Part shown: piece by piece, positions 17,131 through 27,110 of the stretch
Layout: each line of letters starts with the position of its first letter
How positions within the stretch are numbered: position 1 is the first letter of the stretch
Source of the DNA: an uncultured virus (IMG/VR IMGVR_UViG_3300009080_001637)
Taxonomy: Duplodnaviria > Heunggongvirae > Uroviricota > Caudoviricetes
Length of the DNA: 64,000 nt
Virus record (IMG/VR): IMGVR_UViG_3300009080_001637
Strand: one strand, 5' to 3'
The notes under the pieces: model-generated
Databases searched by the model: none
What the model was told of the DNA's origin: nothing
The model's input: the letters and a program-made list of their open reading frames with translations, nothing else
Made by a program: the position numbers and the translations under genes

Positions 17131-17446
17131 CATTTATACAATAATTATCACCCTAATCACCGTATTGGGTGGAGCGGGCGCTTGGAAATACTATGAGCGG
17201 AGGCTGGAGATTGCGCGACAAAAGGAGAGAGAAGAAGAACAACAGGTTCATCTTTTTAGAGATGATCTCCGAGAGAGAGTCACGGTCCTTGAGACAAAAC
17301 TAGAAGAAGCCCTTAAACGGGAAGTTAGTTTACTAGAAGAAATTAGGAAACTGTCTGAGACAGTCGCTGCGCTGAAAGTGGAGATTGAATATCTCCGCAG
17401 AGAAAACACTTTACTCAAAACTCAAGCTCAGTCACCATCAGATTGA
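17117..17446 (+). CDS. N-terminal TM helix plus coiled-coil protein (holin/antiholin-like candidate)
   Basis: IYTIIITLITVLGGAGAWKYY followed by heptad repeats. Confidence 0.7.
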   Translation: MTINSIYTIIITLITVLGGAGAWKYYERRLEIARQKEREEEQQVHLFRDDLRERVTVLETKLEEALKREVSLLEEIRKLSETVAALKVEIEYLRRENTLLKTQAQSPSD

Positions 17447-17474
17447 ACTATATACACTACTAAGGAGAATAGAA

Positions 17475-18023
17475 ATGTCTAAAAAGATAACAGACAAAGA
17501 GTTGAAAACAATAATTAAAGAGGAGCTTGGAAAAGTCGAAGAGATATTCAATCTCCCATTTGGTAAAAATGCGAAGGGAAGCCAAAGATCGAGGGGTCAA
17601 GCGAGGGGTTTGTCGAAAGATATGGAATACGATGATTTTCTCGATGGGCTTGATAAAAAAGGTCAAGCAGCTTTTGATTCAGCGGCTTCATATTCTGATA
17701 TGAAGGACCAAGCACAAGACAAAGCATTCGATAAAATGGACGCTAATACTCGTGACATGGTCCTCGATAGTCAGGATATGGATTCTGAAAGGATGGCAGC
17801 CCTTGAAAAACAAATGAGTAAATTGAACAGTCTAACCAACCAAATCTACAACCAGTTAATGAACATGAAAGCGGGTGCCATGCCTGATCCTCCATACCAG
17901 ATGGAAGACGACACAGAAGAAGCTATTGCTGCTTCTATGAGTGGCAAGGATATACCAAACAAAAGGAGCGCGTTTGGCCAACAATTTGAAAGCAAAAGGC
18001 GGCGTCGAAAACGCTCTAAATAA
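17475..18023 (+). CDS. Hypothetical protein with N-terminal tag helix and basic C-tail
   Basis: Start reassigned to ATG 17475 (AAGGAG RBS); MSKKITDKELKTIIKEELGKVEE ... FESKRRRRKRSK. Confidence 0.75.
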   Translation: MSKKITDKELKTIIKEELGKVEEIFNLPFGKNAKGSQRSRGQARGLSKDMEYDDFLDGLDKKGQAAFDSAASYSDMKDQAQDKAFDKMDANTRDMVLDSQDMDSERMAALEKQMSKLNSLTNQIYNQLMNMKAGAMPDPPYQMEDDTEEAIAASMSGKDIPNKRSAFGQQFESKRRRRKRSK

Positions 18024-18198
18024 TCTTGAAATAAAATTTCAATCCCAACTCACATCCTGCTTAGGGCAACTTGAGCAGGCAGGGTATAAAGAGGAGAACA
18101 TCGTTGCGCTTGACTTCTTGGATGGCGAAATGACTTTTCTTATGACAGACGGAGAACAAATTACTATCAATCCAAGATTTATTTGGTTTGTTACTTAG
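17941..18198 (+). CDS. Possible hypothetical protein
   Basis: Fills the gap 18024-18198; start uncertain, overlaps the previous gene. Confidence 0.35.
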   Translation: MARIYQTKGARLANNLKAKGGVENALNNLEIKFQSQLTSCLGQLEQAGYKEENIVALDFLDGEMTFLMTDGEQITINPRFIWFVT

Positions 18199-18258
18199 CA
18201 AAAGACTATTTATTACAGCTTTTAAAGCAAACTTACAATTTCAAGGAGAAAATATATA

Positions 18259-18669
18259 ATGGGTCAAGAAAATTTAAATAAGATTTATGGACATGTTAAG
18301 GTAGTTGATCAAATTGGCTCCGCTACTACTTTGGATAAATTTGATAGTGGGAAAACTTACTCGGTTGCCCCAGCAGCAGCTTATGAAATAACTCTACCTA
18401 CATCGCCGGTAGTTGGTTGGAATGCGACTTTTATTGTCGTTGAAGCGATAAACAACGCTGTAACAATCAAGTCCCCCACCAATTTTATCTCCACCATTGT
18501 TAAATCTGCGGCGGCTGATGTCAAAGTTACGGTCGCCCTCGCCACGGCGACGGTCGTGGCGGATGCCCCAGCAGGAACAAGAGTAGATGTAATTTGTCTC
18601 GATGATGGGGTGACGGGTGGTAGTTCTGGTGCGGTGGTGTACGCACTTACGGCATATATTGACGCTTAA
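18259..18669 (+). CDS. Small beta-rich virion decoration-like protein (paralogue A)
   Basis: DSGKTY..ITLP..VGWNATFIV; CTATTTAT at 18206; AAGGAG RBS. Confidence 0.65.
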   Translation: MGQENLNKIYGHVKVVDQIGSATTLDKFDSGKTYSVAPAAAYEITLPTSPVVGWNATFIVVEAINNAVTIKSPTNFISTIVKSAAADVKVTVALATATVVADAPAGTRVDVICLDDGVTGGSSGAVVYALTAYIDA

Positions 18670-18679
18670 TCCCTACAAA

Positions 18680-18694
18680 GCACCCTCGGGGTGC
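18680..18694 (+). terminator. Short GC hairpin between the paralogues
   Basis: GCACCC-tcg-GGGTGC, no clear U-tract. Confidence 0.35.
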
Positions 18695-18707
18695 AATACT
18701 TTAAACT

Positions 18708-19175
18708 ATGGCACAAAACGCTAATTTAAATAAGCAACCAATCGGTTATATAAGACAAGTCGTCAAGGTTAACTCAGAAGACCTTGACCTTGTCTATACC
18801 GATTCTGGTATTTTGTATATGTTTGTGTCTGACCTCACGAGAACCCAGACGATTACCCTTCCTAAGCCCGATATCGTTGGCCAAGAATTTGAATTCTTGT
18901 GGGTTGCCGAACATGGCTCTCAAGCCTTTGATAGAATCCTACAATCACCTGCTGGACATATCTTTAAGGGCGCGATTTTTCACCAACACAATGGCAACAA
19001 TGCACTGAACCTCCACCAACCCGATGAGAACGACGATAGAGTTTTAACGTTTGATATCGGTGGGGTTGACCAAGAAATCAGAACAGGCTCTCTTTTGAAA
19101 TTTTTCTCCGATGGATCAGCATGGGTGATCTCTGGTCTGGTGTCTTCCAAAGCTGATGTTTTTATCTTCTCTTAA
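18708..19175 (+). CDS. Small beta-rich virion decoration-like protein (paralogue B)
   Basis: NLNKQPIGYIRQV..DSGILY..ITLP..VGQEFEFL..SDGSAWVI; resembles ORF 18259. Confidence 0.65.
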   Translation: MAQNANLNKQPIGYIRQVVKVNSEDLDLVYTDSGILYMFVSDLTRTQTITLPKPDIVGQEFEFLWVAEHGSQAFDRILQSPAGHIFKGAIFHQHNGNNALNLHQPDENDDRVLTFDIGGVDQEIRTGSLLKFFSDGSAWVISGLVSSKADVFIFS

Positions 19176-19235
19176 TAAGCTTTTTTTAACGATTATCTTA
19201 TGTTTGTTATATTTAGTATATAGAGGGGGATCAAC

Positions 19236-19433
19236 ATGTTCGTAAATCAGAATACAGTACAAAAAATCATACAAGAAGAGATCAAAGCTGTTTTATCAGA
19301 ACAAAATGATGAAGATGAAATGGAAACAGCAATTAATTCTGCTTTAGAGGGGATCGATGGGCTTACCCCGGAACAAAAGGGACAGATCCTTGGCCAAGTT
19401 TCTGCGGCGCTTAGAGCAACGGCAAGAACTTGA
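19236..19433 (+). CDS. Small protein with N-terminal tag helix
   Basis: MFVNQNTVQKIIQEEIKAVLSE; TATTTAG at 19210; GAGGGG RBS. Confidence 0.7.
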   Translation: MFVNQNTVQKIIQEEIKAVLSEQNDEDEMETAINSALEGIDGLTPEQKGQILGQVSAALRATART

Positions 19434-19436
19434 AAA

Positions 19437-19670
19437 GTGAAGCTGATTATAAGAGATATCAGGCCGGGGTGTTTGATATTTGAGAATCGTGATCGGCTAT
19501 TAACAACAACGAATCTTCCTGTCTCAAAGGCGTTGGTGGTTGAGAAAACGACCACCAAGATTAAGTTATTTTGGTTAAATAACCACAAAACAGAAATTTA
19601 CAACCTAATAGATATTGAATGGTTCTTTATATCAAAAGATCTACATCTGTGGAAGATATTTTGCCCATGA
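19437..19670 (+). CDS. Hypothetical protein (SH3-like pattern)
   Basis: IRPGCLI...IKLFWL; contiguous with neighbours. Confidence 0.5.
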   Translation: MKLIIRDIRPGCLIFENRDRLLTTTNLPVSKALVVEKTTTKIKLFWLNNHKTEIYNLIDIEWFFISKDLHLWKIFCP

Positions 19671-19894
19671 AGGAAAAAATATTTATAGGTGATCTCATAT
19701 GTGAAAAAAATTCATCTAGTCGAGAAATATTGGGTATAATAATTGAAATAGACGATTATTTAGATATTGAAATTTTTTGGCTTGACTTGGGAGAAGTTTT
19801 CTATTATAATGTAGATGACTTTAAAGAAGATTTTAGAAAAGTAAAAATATCTTCTTCTAAGGTAAATATATGGGAATTTATATCTAAACACTAA
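19667..19894 (+). CDS. Hypothetical protein (SH3-like pattern)
   Basis: Likely start ATG 19667 (ATGA overlap); IFIGDLI..LGIIIEI..IEIFWL. Confidence 0.55.
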   Translation: MKEKIFIGDLICEKNSSSREILGIIIEIDDYLDIEIFWLDLGEVFYYNVDDFKEDFRKVKISSSKVNIWEFISKH

Positions 19895-19903
19895 GGAGAA
19901 TTT

Positions 19904-20158
19904 ATGATAAGTTCATCACAACTAAACCAAGTATTTAACGGAAACGTTAACATCAACCCAGCCGATCTCAAAACATTAACCTGTGAAAATTGTGGGCATG
20001 ACAAATTCGATCAAGTTTTTGTAATAAAAAAAGTACCTGCATTGCTGTCACCCACCGGTAAAGAGATTAAGTTACCAATTCCTGTTTTCGAGTGCACAAA
20101 GTGCAATCATGTTTCCAAAGAGATGTATCCAGTAGAACTAGAGAAAGATAGTGTCTAA
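19904..20158 (+). CDS. Zinc-ribbon protein
   Basis: CENC...PIPVFECTKCNH; AAGGAG RBS. Confidence 0.8.
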   Translation: MISSSQLNQVFNGNVNINPADLKTLTCENCGHDKFDQVFVIKKVPALLSPTGKEIKLPIPVFECTKCNHVSKEMYPVELEKDSV

Positions 20159-20429
20159 AGATAAGAAAACAGACCTTTTAAGTGACGAAGAATTCATAGA
20201 GACGGAGAAAAAATCTGCTGTCGAATATATGTCTGTTACTGCAAAAGACTTCAATGAATACGAAGATTTTGTCCAAGCAAAAATTGATACCCTTACTGAT
20301 ACGATCGCTTGTGTCTTTTCCCACTCCACAGTTCCCGAAGACCGAGAGATCCTTAAGACAATGCAGATTAAATGGATGTACGATTTTTGGGTTACGAAAA
20401 GAGAAAAAGACTTAAATCTAGAGAATTAA
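20151..20429 (+). CDS. Hypothetical protein
   Basis: 92-aa ORF overlapping the previous stop. Confidence 0.6.
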   Translation: MSKDKKTDLLSDEEFIETEKKSAVEYMSVTAKDFNEYEDFVQAKIDTLTDTIACVFSHSTVPEDREILKTMQIKWMYDFWVTKREKDLNLEN

Positions 20430-20476
20430 GCGTTTAGAGTCCTATTTATCTACAGAAATAGGAGCGACATTCAACC

Positions 20477-22816
20477 ATGCCAGAATACAACATTCTTTAC
20501 AATTCTTGGAAAAATTATGTTTTAAACGATAGCATACTTAACGAGATATCTAAGGCCCGCGCAGCTCAAATCTTGGGCTGGATCTCTAAGTCTGTGCCGG
20601 ATAGCTATTCTTTTGATAATCTATTCGGTAACAAAATGAGGTTAGTAATCCCACTTAAATTTGAACAAAAAAATATAGCATACGATAACCAGAAAACTTT
20701 TAAGGAATTATTAACATTAGTCGATTATTATTCGAGATGGAAATATGATAATGAGTCTCTATCTAGAGGGAACTTCTATAGGATTAACGAACCTAAAGAT
20801 TTCGGCCTAGAACTTAATCTTAAAAGATACAAAATGGAGAAACCACCTCCGGGGAAGAGGGTTGAAAAGAAAATAGGAAAGGTTCTGCGGGGGATGGATA
20901 ATTCTAAAAATAAAATTATAAGTTCGGCGCTTAAAGAGGTTATAGAGGTTTGGGAAAGAGAAGGAGACAAGATATTTTGTCCACAAGGTTCCGCAATAAT
21001 TTCACGGCATCCAATTGATGTCGCCAGAATGTCAGATTTTAAAAACCTTGAAAGTTGTCATACTCCCGGATCTGATTTCTACAAGTGTGCGATTAGAGAA
21101 TCCATGGGTAATGCTCCGGTAGCCTACTTTGTTTCAACTAAACAACTAGATAAACTGTTTACTGAAAAAGGAATCGAAGATATTAGTGAACTTGATCAAG
21201 GAGAAATTCTTGAGGATCTGGATCGGAATATTCAGGGATTGAGTCCAACTTCGAGATTAAGGCTTAGAAAGTTTTCAGGATTTACTAATGATGATGTCGG
21301 TTTTGAATTGGCGATACCTGAAGTTAGAACTTACGGTAACGATGTTTCACACTTTAGGGAGACCATCAATAATTGGGCACTCAATAACCAGATATCCGAG
21401 TTAAGTACGGATGCTGGGGATAGGGCTCTCCTCAGGGACAAGTCTTGGAGAGAGGAGTATATGAGAGCGTACTATGATTATCAGTTGCTTGAAGATGAGG
21501 GCGATGAGCAGGGGATGAACGAAGCAGAGGATAAGATGACGCATATCCAAGAAAGGATTTTTGGGTTGTTTCCTGATATGGAAAATTCTTTTGGATGGGG
21601 AGGGGGCACTTACATAGATACTACTCCCAAAAGATTATTTTTAAATTTTTTAGGTATATTAGAAACAAAATACGAAAAAGGTAGACGAGGAGAATCGGGC
21701 GTAACTGTTGGTGCTCATCCTATGAATATTTTTTCAGAAGATTTTATAAAATATATCGCAGAAGAATATGACGGGATGGATGCGTTCGAATCGGACGAAC
21801 GAAACATCAATATAGTAGTACATAATAAAGCTAGGGAGATGGAATTTAAACTATATAATTTCTATGAGAAATCTGGAATTAGTTCGATGAAAGACTATTC
21901 AAGACCAACAGAAGATACCACTGAGGAAGATTTACTTGATTATAATCAGATGAGTCCAAGGGATTTTTACAGAATTCTGAGGCGCGGTCAGGGGTTGGGG
22001 TCGCTGGCCGATATTGTAGGCATGACATCCAGTGACATATTAGCAAATATAAATCAATACAATGAGATGATAAGTTCCCTGCGACAAATGTCTGACAGAT
22101 TTACAAAATTTATTGTTGAGATCAGAAGCCTAGAATCGATGGTGCACAATCACCAAATCGATTCAGTTGATGAGATTATAAAGATGATACAGGAGGATAA
22201 TTACCGCTTTCATCTGAAAATTGATGGATGGATGGGAGACATTTTTATAGAGTCGAGCAGGTTGCCAGAAATCATAGGGGCTGCGATAGACAACAGGGAG
22301 AACGATGCTAATAAAGCTCTTGAAGATGGCATTAAAGATATAATCGAGTTGGCAGCAGGACATAAGGATATATTACAGCCAGCGAATGAATTCGGCTCGA
22401 ATGTAGGGGTGTATAGCGCGAGCTCATACGTCAAGCTCAGCGACCCCGGCATGACATCGAAGGGGTTTAAATTCTCTTGGAAATTAGATAAAGAATGGCA
22501 GCCCGACGGCAAGGACGCAGAGGTATCAATAATTTTCTTCTTCAAAACTCATGTCGATGGCGATAGCGAGAGTCATCAATTCCTCTCTGCTGAGAGTATA
22601 AAGAGGTATGAAGAAATTATAGCAGTTTTACTTAAATTGGAAAGAAATTGGGACAAAGTGAACGATCAAATTATCGAGCTATTCGAAAATGAGAAAGAAA
22701 TAGAGACTGAGGGTTTGACAGAGGGGACAGGCGGTAAATTAGGAAAGAAACGTTCTTGCCGAGATAAAAAGCGACCCCCTATTAAAATTAAAATCTCCAG
22801 AAACATAAAAACCTAG
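20477..22816 (+). CDS. Large protein, paralogue 2 of the 'RHPxDVxRM..SCH' family
   Basis: YSFDNLFGNKMRL, SRHPIDVARMSDF..SCHTPG..YKCA, PTSRLRLRKF, ELAIPE; CTATTTAT at 20442. Confidence 0.85.
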   Translation: MPEYNILYNSWKNYVLNDSILNEISKARAAQILGWISKSVPDSYSFDNLFGNKMRLVIPLKFEQKNIAYDNQKTFKELLTLVDYYSRWKYDNESLSRGNFYRINEPKDFGLELNLKRYKMEKPPPGKRVEKKIGKVLRGMDNSKNKIISSALKEVIEVWEREGDKIFCPQGSAIISRHPIDVARMSDFKNLESCHTPGSDFYKCAIRESMGNAPVAYFVSTKQLDKLFTEKGIEDISELDQGEILEDLDRNIQGLSPTSRLRLRKFSGFTNDDVGFELAIPEVRTYGNDVSHFRETINNWALNNQISELSTDAGDRALLRDKSWREEYMRAYYDYQLLEDEGDEQGMNEAEDKMTHIQERIFGLFPDMENSFGWGGGTYIDTTPKRLFLNFLGILETKYEKGRRGESGVTVGAHPMNIFSEDFIKYIAEEYDGMDAFESDERNINIVVHNKAREMEFKLYNFYEKSGISSMKDYSRPTEDTTEEDLLDYNQMSPRDFYRILRRGQGLGSLADIVGMTSSDILANINQYNEMISSLRQMSDRFTKFIVEIRSLESMVHNHQIDSVDEIIKMIQEDNYRFHLKIDGWMGDIFIESSRLPEIIGAAIDNRENDANKALEDGIKDIIELAAGHKDILQPANEFGSNVGVYSASSYVKLSDPGMTSKGFKFSWKLDKEWQPDGKDAEVSIIFFFKTHVDGDSESHQFLSAESIKRYEEIIAVLLKLERNWDKVNDQIIELFENEKEIETEGLTEGTGGKLGKKRSCRDKKRPPIKIKISRNIKT

Positions 22817-22881
22817 ATCCTTCATGATTAAGCCCTTTTCTTCCTATTTATTATGTACACCAGTAGGAGTAATCTTTTATC

Positions 22882-25854
22882 ATGTCAAATTACAACGTTC
22901 TTTACGACTCTTGGAAGAACTACACTACGAACAAAAGCCCCCTCGAAGAAATAGATCGTCTTGAGGCGCGTAAAATTTTAAACTGGGTCGCTAAGTCGAT
23001 GCCAAATAGTTACTCTTTTGATAATTTATTTGGTAACAAGATGAGGCTACTGATTCCACTTAAATTTGAGCAAAAGAATATATATCACGGAAATTCATCT
23101 AAGAGTTTTGAACGATTGTTGGATTTAATCGACCAACATTCCGCGTGGGAATACGATAGTGAATCTCTTTCTAGGGGGAACGTATATAGGATTAGCGCTC
23201 CAGAAGACTTTGGCGCGGAAACAAACCTTAAAAAATATAAAAGCGAGCGCCCACCTGCGGCGAAGAGAGTGGAACAGAAGATTGGGAAACTTTTGAAAAA
23301 AATGAATAGATCCAAAAACAAACCTGCGGGACTCTCTGTTTCTACTCTCAAAAACCTCACTAGAATGTGGGAAAAAGAAGGTGATAAAGTATTTTGCCCT
23401 CAAGGTTCAATAGTGATTTCACGGCATCCAATTGATGTCGTCAGGATGTCAGATTTTAAAAGTCTCCAAAATTGTCATACTCCCGGATCTAGTTTTTACA
23501 AGTGTGCGGTTGGAGAAGCCATGGGCCAAGCTCCCGTAGCATATTTTATTTCAAAAAAACAACTAGATAAACTGTTTACCGAAAAAGGAATCGAAGACAT
23601 CGATGATCTCGGAGAACAAGAAATCCTTCAGGACGACGATCGTGGTATAAAAGGTGTATCTCCTACGGCGAGAGTAAGACTTAGAAAATTTACAGGCGAG
23701 AATAATCATGGAGAAGAATTTGAGCTGGCGATACCAGAACTAACATCCTATGGGAACAGAATCACCCACTTTAAAGAGACGGTTAATGACTGGGCGTTAA
23801 ACAGCCAACTAGAATATATATCGCATGATGTTGTCGACCAATCTTTGCTCCGTAACAAAAGTTGGAGAGAGGAATATATACGAGCGTTTTTCACACACAA
23901 GCTTGCTACACAAGAAAACGACGCACAAGAGAGTATTTCTGCCACAGATACAATGAACGACATCAGAGATAGACTGGAAGGCTTCTTCCCCACTCAGAGC
24001 GATCTGGGCGGCCCGTCGCTTATATATCATGGTGGTAGATATATAGATGGAGATCCTCATGAGCTATTTTTAAATTTTTTCGGGATAAAAGAATTTAAAG
24101 GCGATTTTAGCGGCCAAGGTGTGGAAAAACACCCAATAAATGTATACTCAAGAGATTTTATTGGATCTATTCTAGAAGAATTTGGCGATGTTTTCTTTGT
24201 TGAGAACGGCTCGGAGTCCGACAAGGCTTTCGAACTAGACAAGATCATTAATTCGGGATTCCGCAGGCAACGAGAGGATTCCCAAATCTATGCTGATCCT
24301 GCCGTTAGCTTTGAAGAAGAAAACCTTTTAGGGGCTCAAATAACGACGGTTGATTTTCTTAAAGGTTTGGCGCGAGGAAATGGAGAGTACGCCGACTTAT
24401 GCGAGATGGATGCTGAAGATGTTGTAGAGGGGATGTTAGAATATGTTTCTATGATCTCTCGCCTTAGAAATATGGGTTCTCAATTTTCTAAGTTTAGGTT
24501 TGAGCTCTCAGACATCGAAGATATGATCGACGAAGATGATAGCGATTTTAATATTGAGGATATTATTGACCAGTGTAAAAGTAATAATTGGCGCTTTCGT
24601 ATTCGAATCAGCGGTGTGGCGGGTGGGTCTTTAATAGAGAAGGACCAATTCAGAGAACTGACTAAAAAAGATTCAGAATATTCAAAAGAGCTGGTCGCAA
24701 TAATTGAAGAAATAGCAGGCAAGAGTGATATATTAGAGAAAGCACAAGGAGGGGTATCGTCAGTCCATTATGGAGGATTCACCGACCTCTCACGTGAGCT
24801 GAAGGATGGGATAAGATGGGATTTGAGCCGGAAGAATCAAAAACCACCCTACTCCTTCTTTGAGTTCGCTTCTGAATTATTAATTCATTTCTATTTTAAG
24901 ACAGGCACTGAAGTTGAATTTTCAAAGAATAAACAAGGTGAGGTGTCATATGCGATACCCAATATGTTTGATAGAGACGGTGACGAAGTTCAAGCTGAGG
25001 CAGAGAGAATAATAGAAACCCTTCTTGAGTTGGAAAAAAGATGGTCAGATGTTGAGTCTAGAATTAGAAAAAAACTTGTGGATCTCGGCATAGTGGATCC
25101 ACAAGCGCATCAAAAGATCATCAGTTCAAAATCAGAAATTATGGCAGATCAAGCACAGTTATTCATAGGAGAAATTGATAGGCTAAGGGGGAAAATATCA
25201 AATTTGTACAATTCGTTAACCCTCGATATCCGCGAAGATTTCGACGGACTCTTTGATAAAGATAGTGGCGAGTGGATCAATCATCCGAATGTTGATATTG
25301 AAAAGATCGAAAACCTTATGTCTGGACTTCACAATTCTTTGGTGTCCACATCATTAAGTGCAGACTATGAAGTCTTTATGGGTTCCGACCCTCTGGAAGA
25401 TCAGAGAGTGGCAAAACTCCTCGACAATAGAACCAATAAAGATAATCTTTGTGCACTAGTAACCCAGAATATTAGGAAATTTTTAGAAAACAAAGCGGGG
25501 CCGACGGTTCCTTTTAATCAAGATAAATGGTGGAACGTAAACCCAAAAGATGTCATTATCAAATCTGTCAAAATGAATGCAGGGCAATATAAATTTTCTT
25601 TTCACTTTCCTATTAATATAGTCAATATCCCCGACCCCTTGGTGGCCCTAAGTGTAGGCGGATTGATGTCAACTTTGTTTGCATATTTGGAAGCGGATGA
25701 GTCCACCGAAGAAATAAAGAACATACTCAAGGAGACCTTACACACTAAAGATTGGGCAGCGGTGACAGAAAGATTGAAAAAAAACAGGAGCCCTAATCAA
25801 ATATTAGAATCTAAAAGAAAAAAGATTTTCAGGATAAAACTGATTAAATCTTAA
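22882..25854 (+). CDS. Large protein, paralogue 3 of the 'RHPxDVxRM..SCH' family
   Basis: Same motifs as 20477 (NCH in place of SCH); CTATTTAT at 22844. Confidence 0.85.
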   Translation: MSNYNVLYDSWKNYTTNKSPLEEIDRLEARKILNWVAKSMPNSYSFDNLFGNKMRLLIPLKFEQKNIYHGNSSKSFERLLDLIDQHSAWEYDSESLSRGNVYRISAPEDFGAETNLKKYKSERPPAAKRVEQKIGKLLKKMNRSKNKPAGLSVSTLKNLTRMWEKEGDKVFCPQGSIVISRHPIDVVRMSDFKSLQNCHTPGSSFYKCAVGEAMGQAPVAYFISKKQLDKLFTEKGIEDIDDLGEQEILQDDDRGIKGVSPTARVRLRKFTGENNHGEEFELAIPELTSYGNRITHFKETVNDWALNSQLEYISHDVVDQSLLRNKSWREEYIRAFFTHKLATQENDAQESISATDTMNDIRDRLEGFFPTQSDLGGPSLIYHGGRYIDGDPHELFLNFFGIKEFKGDFSGQGVEKHPINVYSRDFIGSILEEFGDVFFVENGSESDKAFELDKIINSGFRRQREDSQIYADPAVSFEEENLLGAQITTVDFLKGLARGNGEYADLCEMDAEDVVEGMLEYVSMISRLRNMGSQFSKFRFELSDIEDMIDEDDSDFNIEDIIDQCKSNNWRFRIRISGVAGGSLIEKDQFRELTKKDSEYSKELVAIIEEIAGKSDILEKAQGGVSSVHYGGFTDLSRELKDGIRWDLSRKNQKPPYSFFEFASELLIHFYFKTGTEVEFSKNKQGEVSYAIPNMFDRDGDEVQAEAERIIETLLELEKRWSDVESRIRKKLVDLGIVDPQAHQKIISSKSEIMADQAQLFIGEIDRLRGKISNLYNSLTLDIREDFDGLFDKDSGEWINHPNVDIEKIENLMSGLHNSLVSTSLSADYEVFMGSDPLEDQRVAKLLDNRTNKDNLCALVTQNIRKFLENKAGPTVPFNQDKWWNVNPKDVIIKSVKMNAGQYKFSFHFPINIVNIPDPLVALSVGGLMSTLFAYLEADESTEEIKNILKETLHTKDWAAVTERLKKNRSPNQILESKRKKIFRIKLIKS

Positions 25855-25889
25855 ATTATATTTTTACATTTCAATGCACTATTTATAAT

Positions 25890-26471
25890 ATGAATTTGTA
25901 CGACCAAACCGAATACGATACCGAATATATCCAAAAAACGATTCACGATTACTATCCTTACGCCAAAGATTATTTAAAATTTGATCTAGAGGTCGATATT
26001 TATTTAGTTTCCGATAAGAATAATGCAAGCGACTTTCTAGGCAAAACGGCTTACTATGCCCCTTCGGATTTTTCAGTTTATCTGTACATCGATGATAGGC
26101 ACCCAAAAGATATTTTAAGATCACTTTCTCACGAACTAATTCACCACCAACAAAATTGCCGAGGGGAGTTTAACGGCTCCTCAAATCTCGGAGAAGAAGG
26201 TTATGCACAAAATGATGCTCATTTACGAAATATGGAAAAAGAAGCTTATTTGATAGGCAATCTGGCATTTCGCGACTGGTGTGATGGTCTGAAAAAGGAA
26301 GAAAAAACAATGTTAATGGAAGGAGAGAAGATGGCTAAGAGAAAAAAGCAAGTTTTAGACTCTAAAGATGTAGACAAAGTGGAGAAAAAAACTCAGAAGC
26401 CGCTCAAGACGTGGTACAACGACAATCTTTATAACGAATTAATAAAAAACTGGATCAAAACCAAAAGATAA
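25890..26471 (+). CDS. Zincin-like HExxH metallopeptidase
   Basis: RHPKDILRSLSHELIHHQQ...MEKEAY. Confidence 0.75.
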   Translation: MNLYDQTEYDTEYIQKTIHDYYPYAKDYLKFDLEVDIYLVSDKNNASDFLGKTAYYAPSDFSVYLYIDDRHPKDILRSLSHELIHHQQNCRGEFNGSSNLGEEGYAQNDAHLRNMEKEAYLIGNLAFRDWCDGLKKEEKTMLMEGEKMAKRKKQVLDSKDVDKVEKKTQKPLKTWYNDNLYNELIKNWIKTKR

Positions 26472-26485
26472 AGGAGTAATATATA

Positions 26486-26698
26486 ATGGCAAATCCGAGA
26501 AAACGAAGGCTAAAGAAGGCAGCTAGAATGAAAGCGTTAAGGTCTGCACCTGTTGTTGAAAAGCCTAAGCCTGTTGTTGAAAAGCCTAAGCCTGTTGTTG
26601 AAAAGCCCAAGCCTGTTGTTGAAAAGCCCAAGCCTAGAAAAAAACAGAGCACGAAAAGGAAAACCGCCACTAGACCTAAGACAACTTCGATAGATTAA
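26486..26698 (+). CDS. Small basic low-complexity protein
   Basis: AAGGAG RBS; PVVEKPK x4. Confidence 0.7.
   Translation: MANPRKRRLKKAARMKALRSAPVVEKPKPVVEKPKPVVEKPKPVVEKPKPRKKQSTKRKTATRPKTTSID
26549..26635 (+). repeat. 21-bp coding tandem repeat x4
   Basis: CCTGTTGTTGAAAAGCC(T/C)AAG. Confidence 0.9.
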
Positions 26699-26732
26699 AC
26701 CTACCTATTGGAATTCGAACAGGAGATTAATT

Positions 26733-27098
26733 ATGGCGATAAAAACAAGATGTCTTACTCCGGGAGCGATGTTTGAGACTCATATTCAAGAGGAGAGTCT
26801 TTCTGTTCAAGTTGAATTTGGACGAAAGATCGATCTAACGGAAGCCGAGGCAGAAATTCTGGACGCGTTAGTCCACAATCAACTTGAAATGGCACTAGCT
26901 CAATTTTGGCCAGAAGGTGAAGTAGATAAAGCAACTGCTCCCGATAGTAAATGCGGTGAGATAAAAGAAATTTCTTCCATGGGCGGACCCGGGGGCTCAA
27001 TAGAAGGACCTTCTGGGCCTTTTGTTAAAAAGAAAAAGAAGAAAAAAGTAAAAGAATGGTTGAACAGTGAAATTTTGAAGATACTCGTAGAAGGGTGA
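26733..27098 (+). CDS. Hypothetical protein
   Basis: AGGAG RBS; IKEISSMGG..poly-K..WLNSEILKILVEG. Confidence 0.7.
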   Translation: MAIKTRCLTPGAMFETHIQEESLSVQVEFGRKIDLTEAEAEILDALVHNQLEMALAQFWPEGEVDKATAPDSKCGEIKEISSMGGPGGSIEGPSGPFVKKKKKKKVKEWLNSEILKILVEG

Positions 27099-27110
27099 GG
27101 GAGAGATAAA

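Noticed and set aside
17385..17474. N-terminal extension of ORF 17385 given in the track
   Set aside because: It overlaps the upstream gene; the RBS and tag motif point to ATG 17475.
26455..26670. Minus-strand ORF with LGFSTTG repeats
   Set aside because: Shadow of the PVVEKPK repeat gene, which has the RBS.
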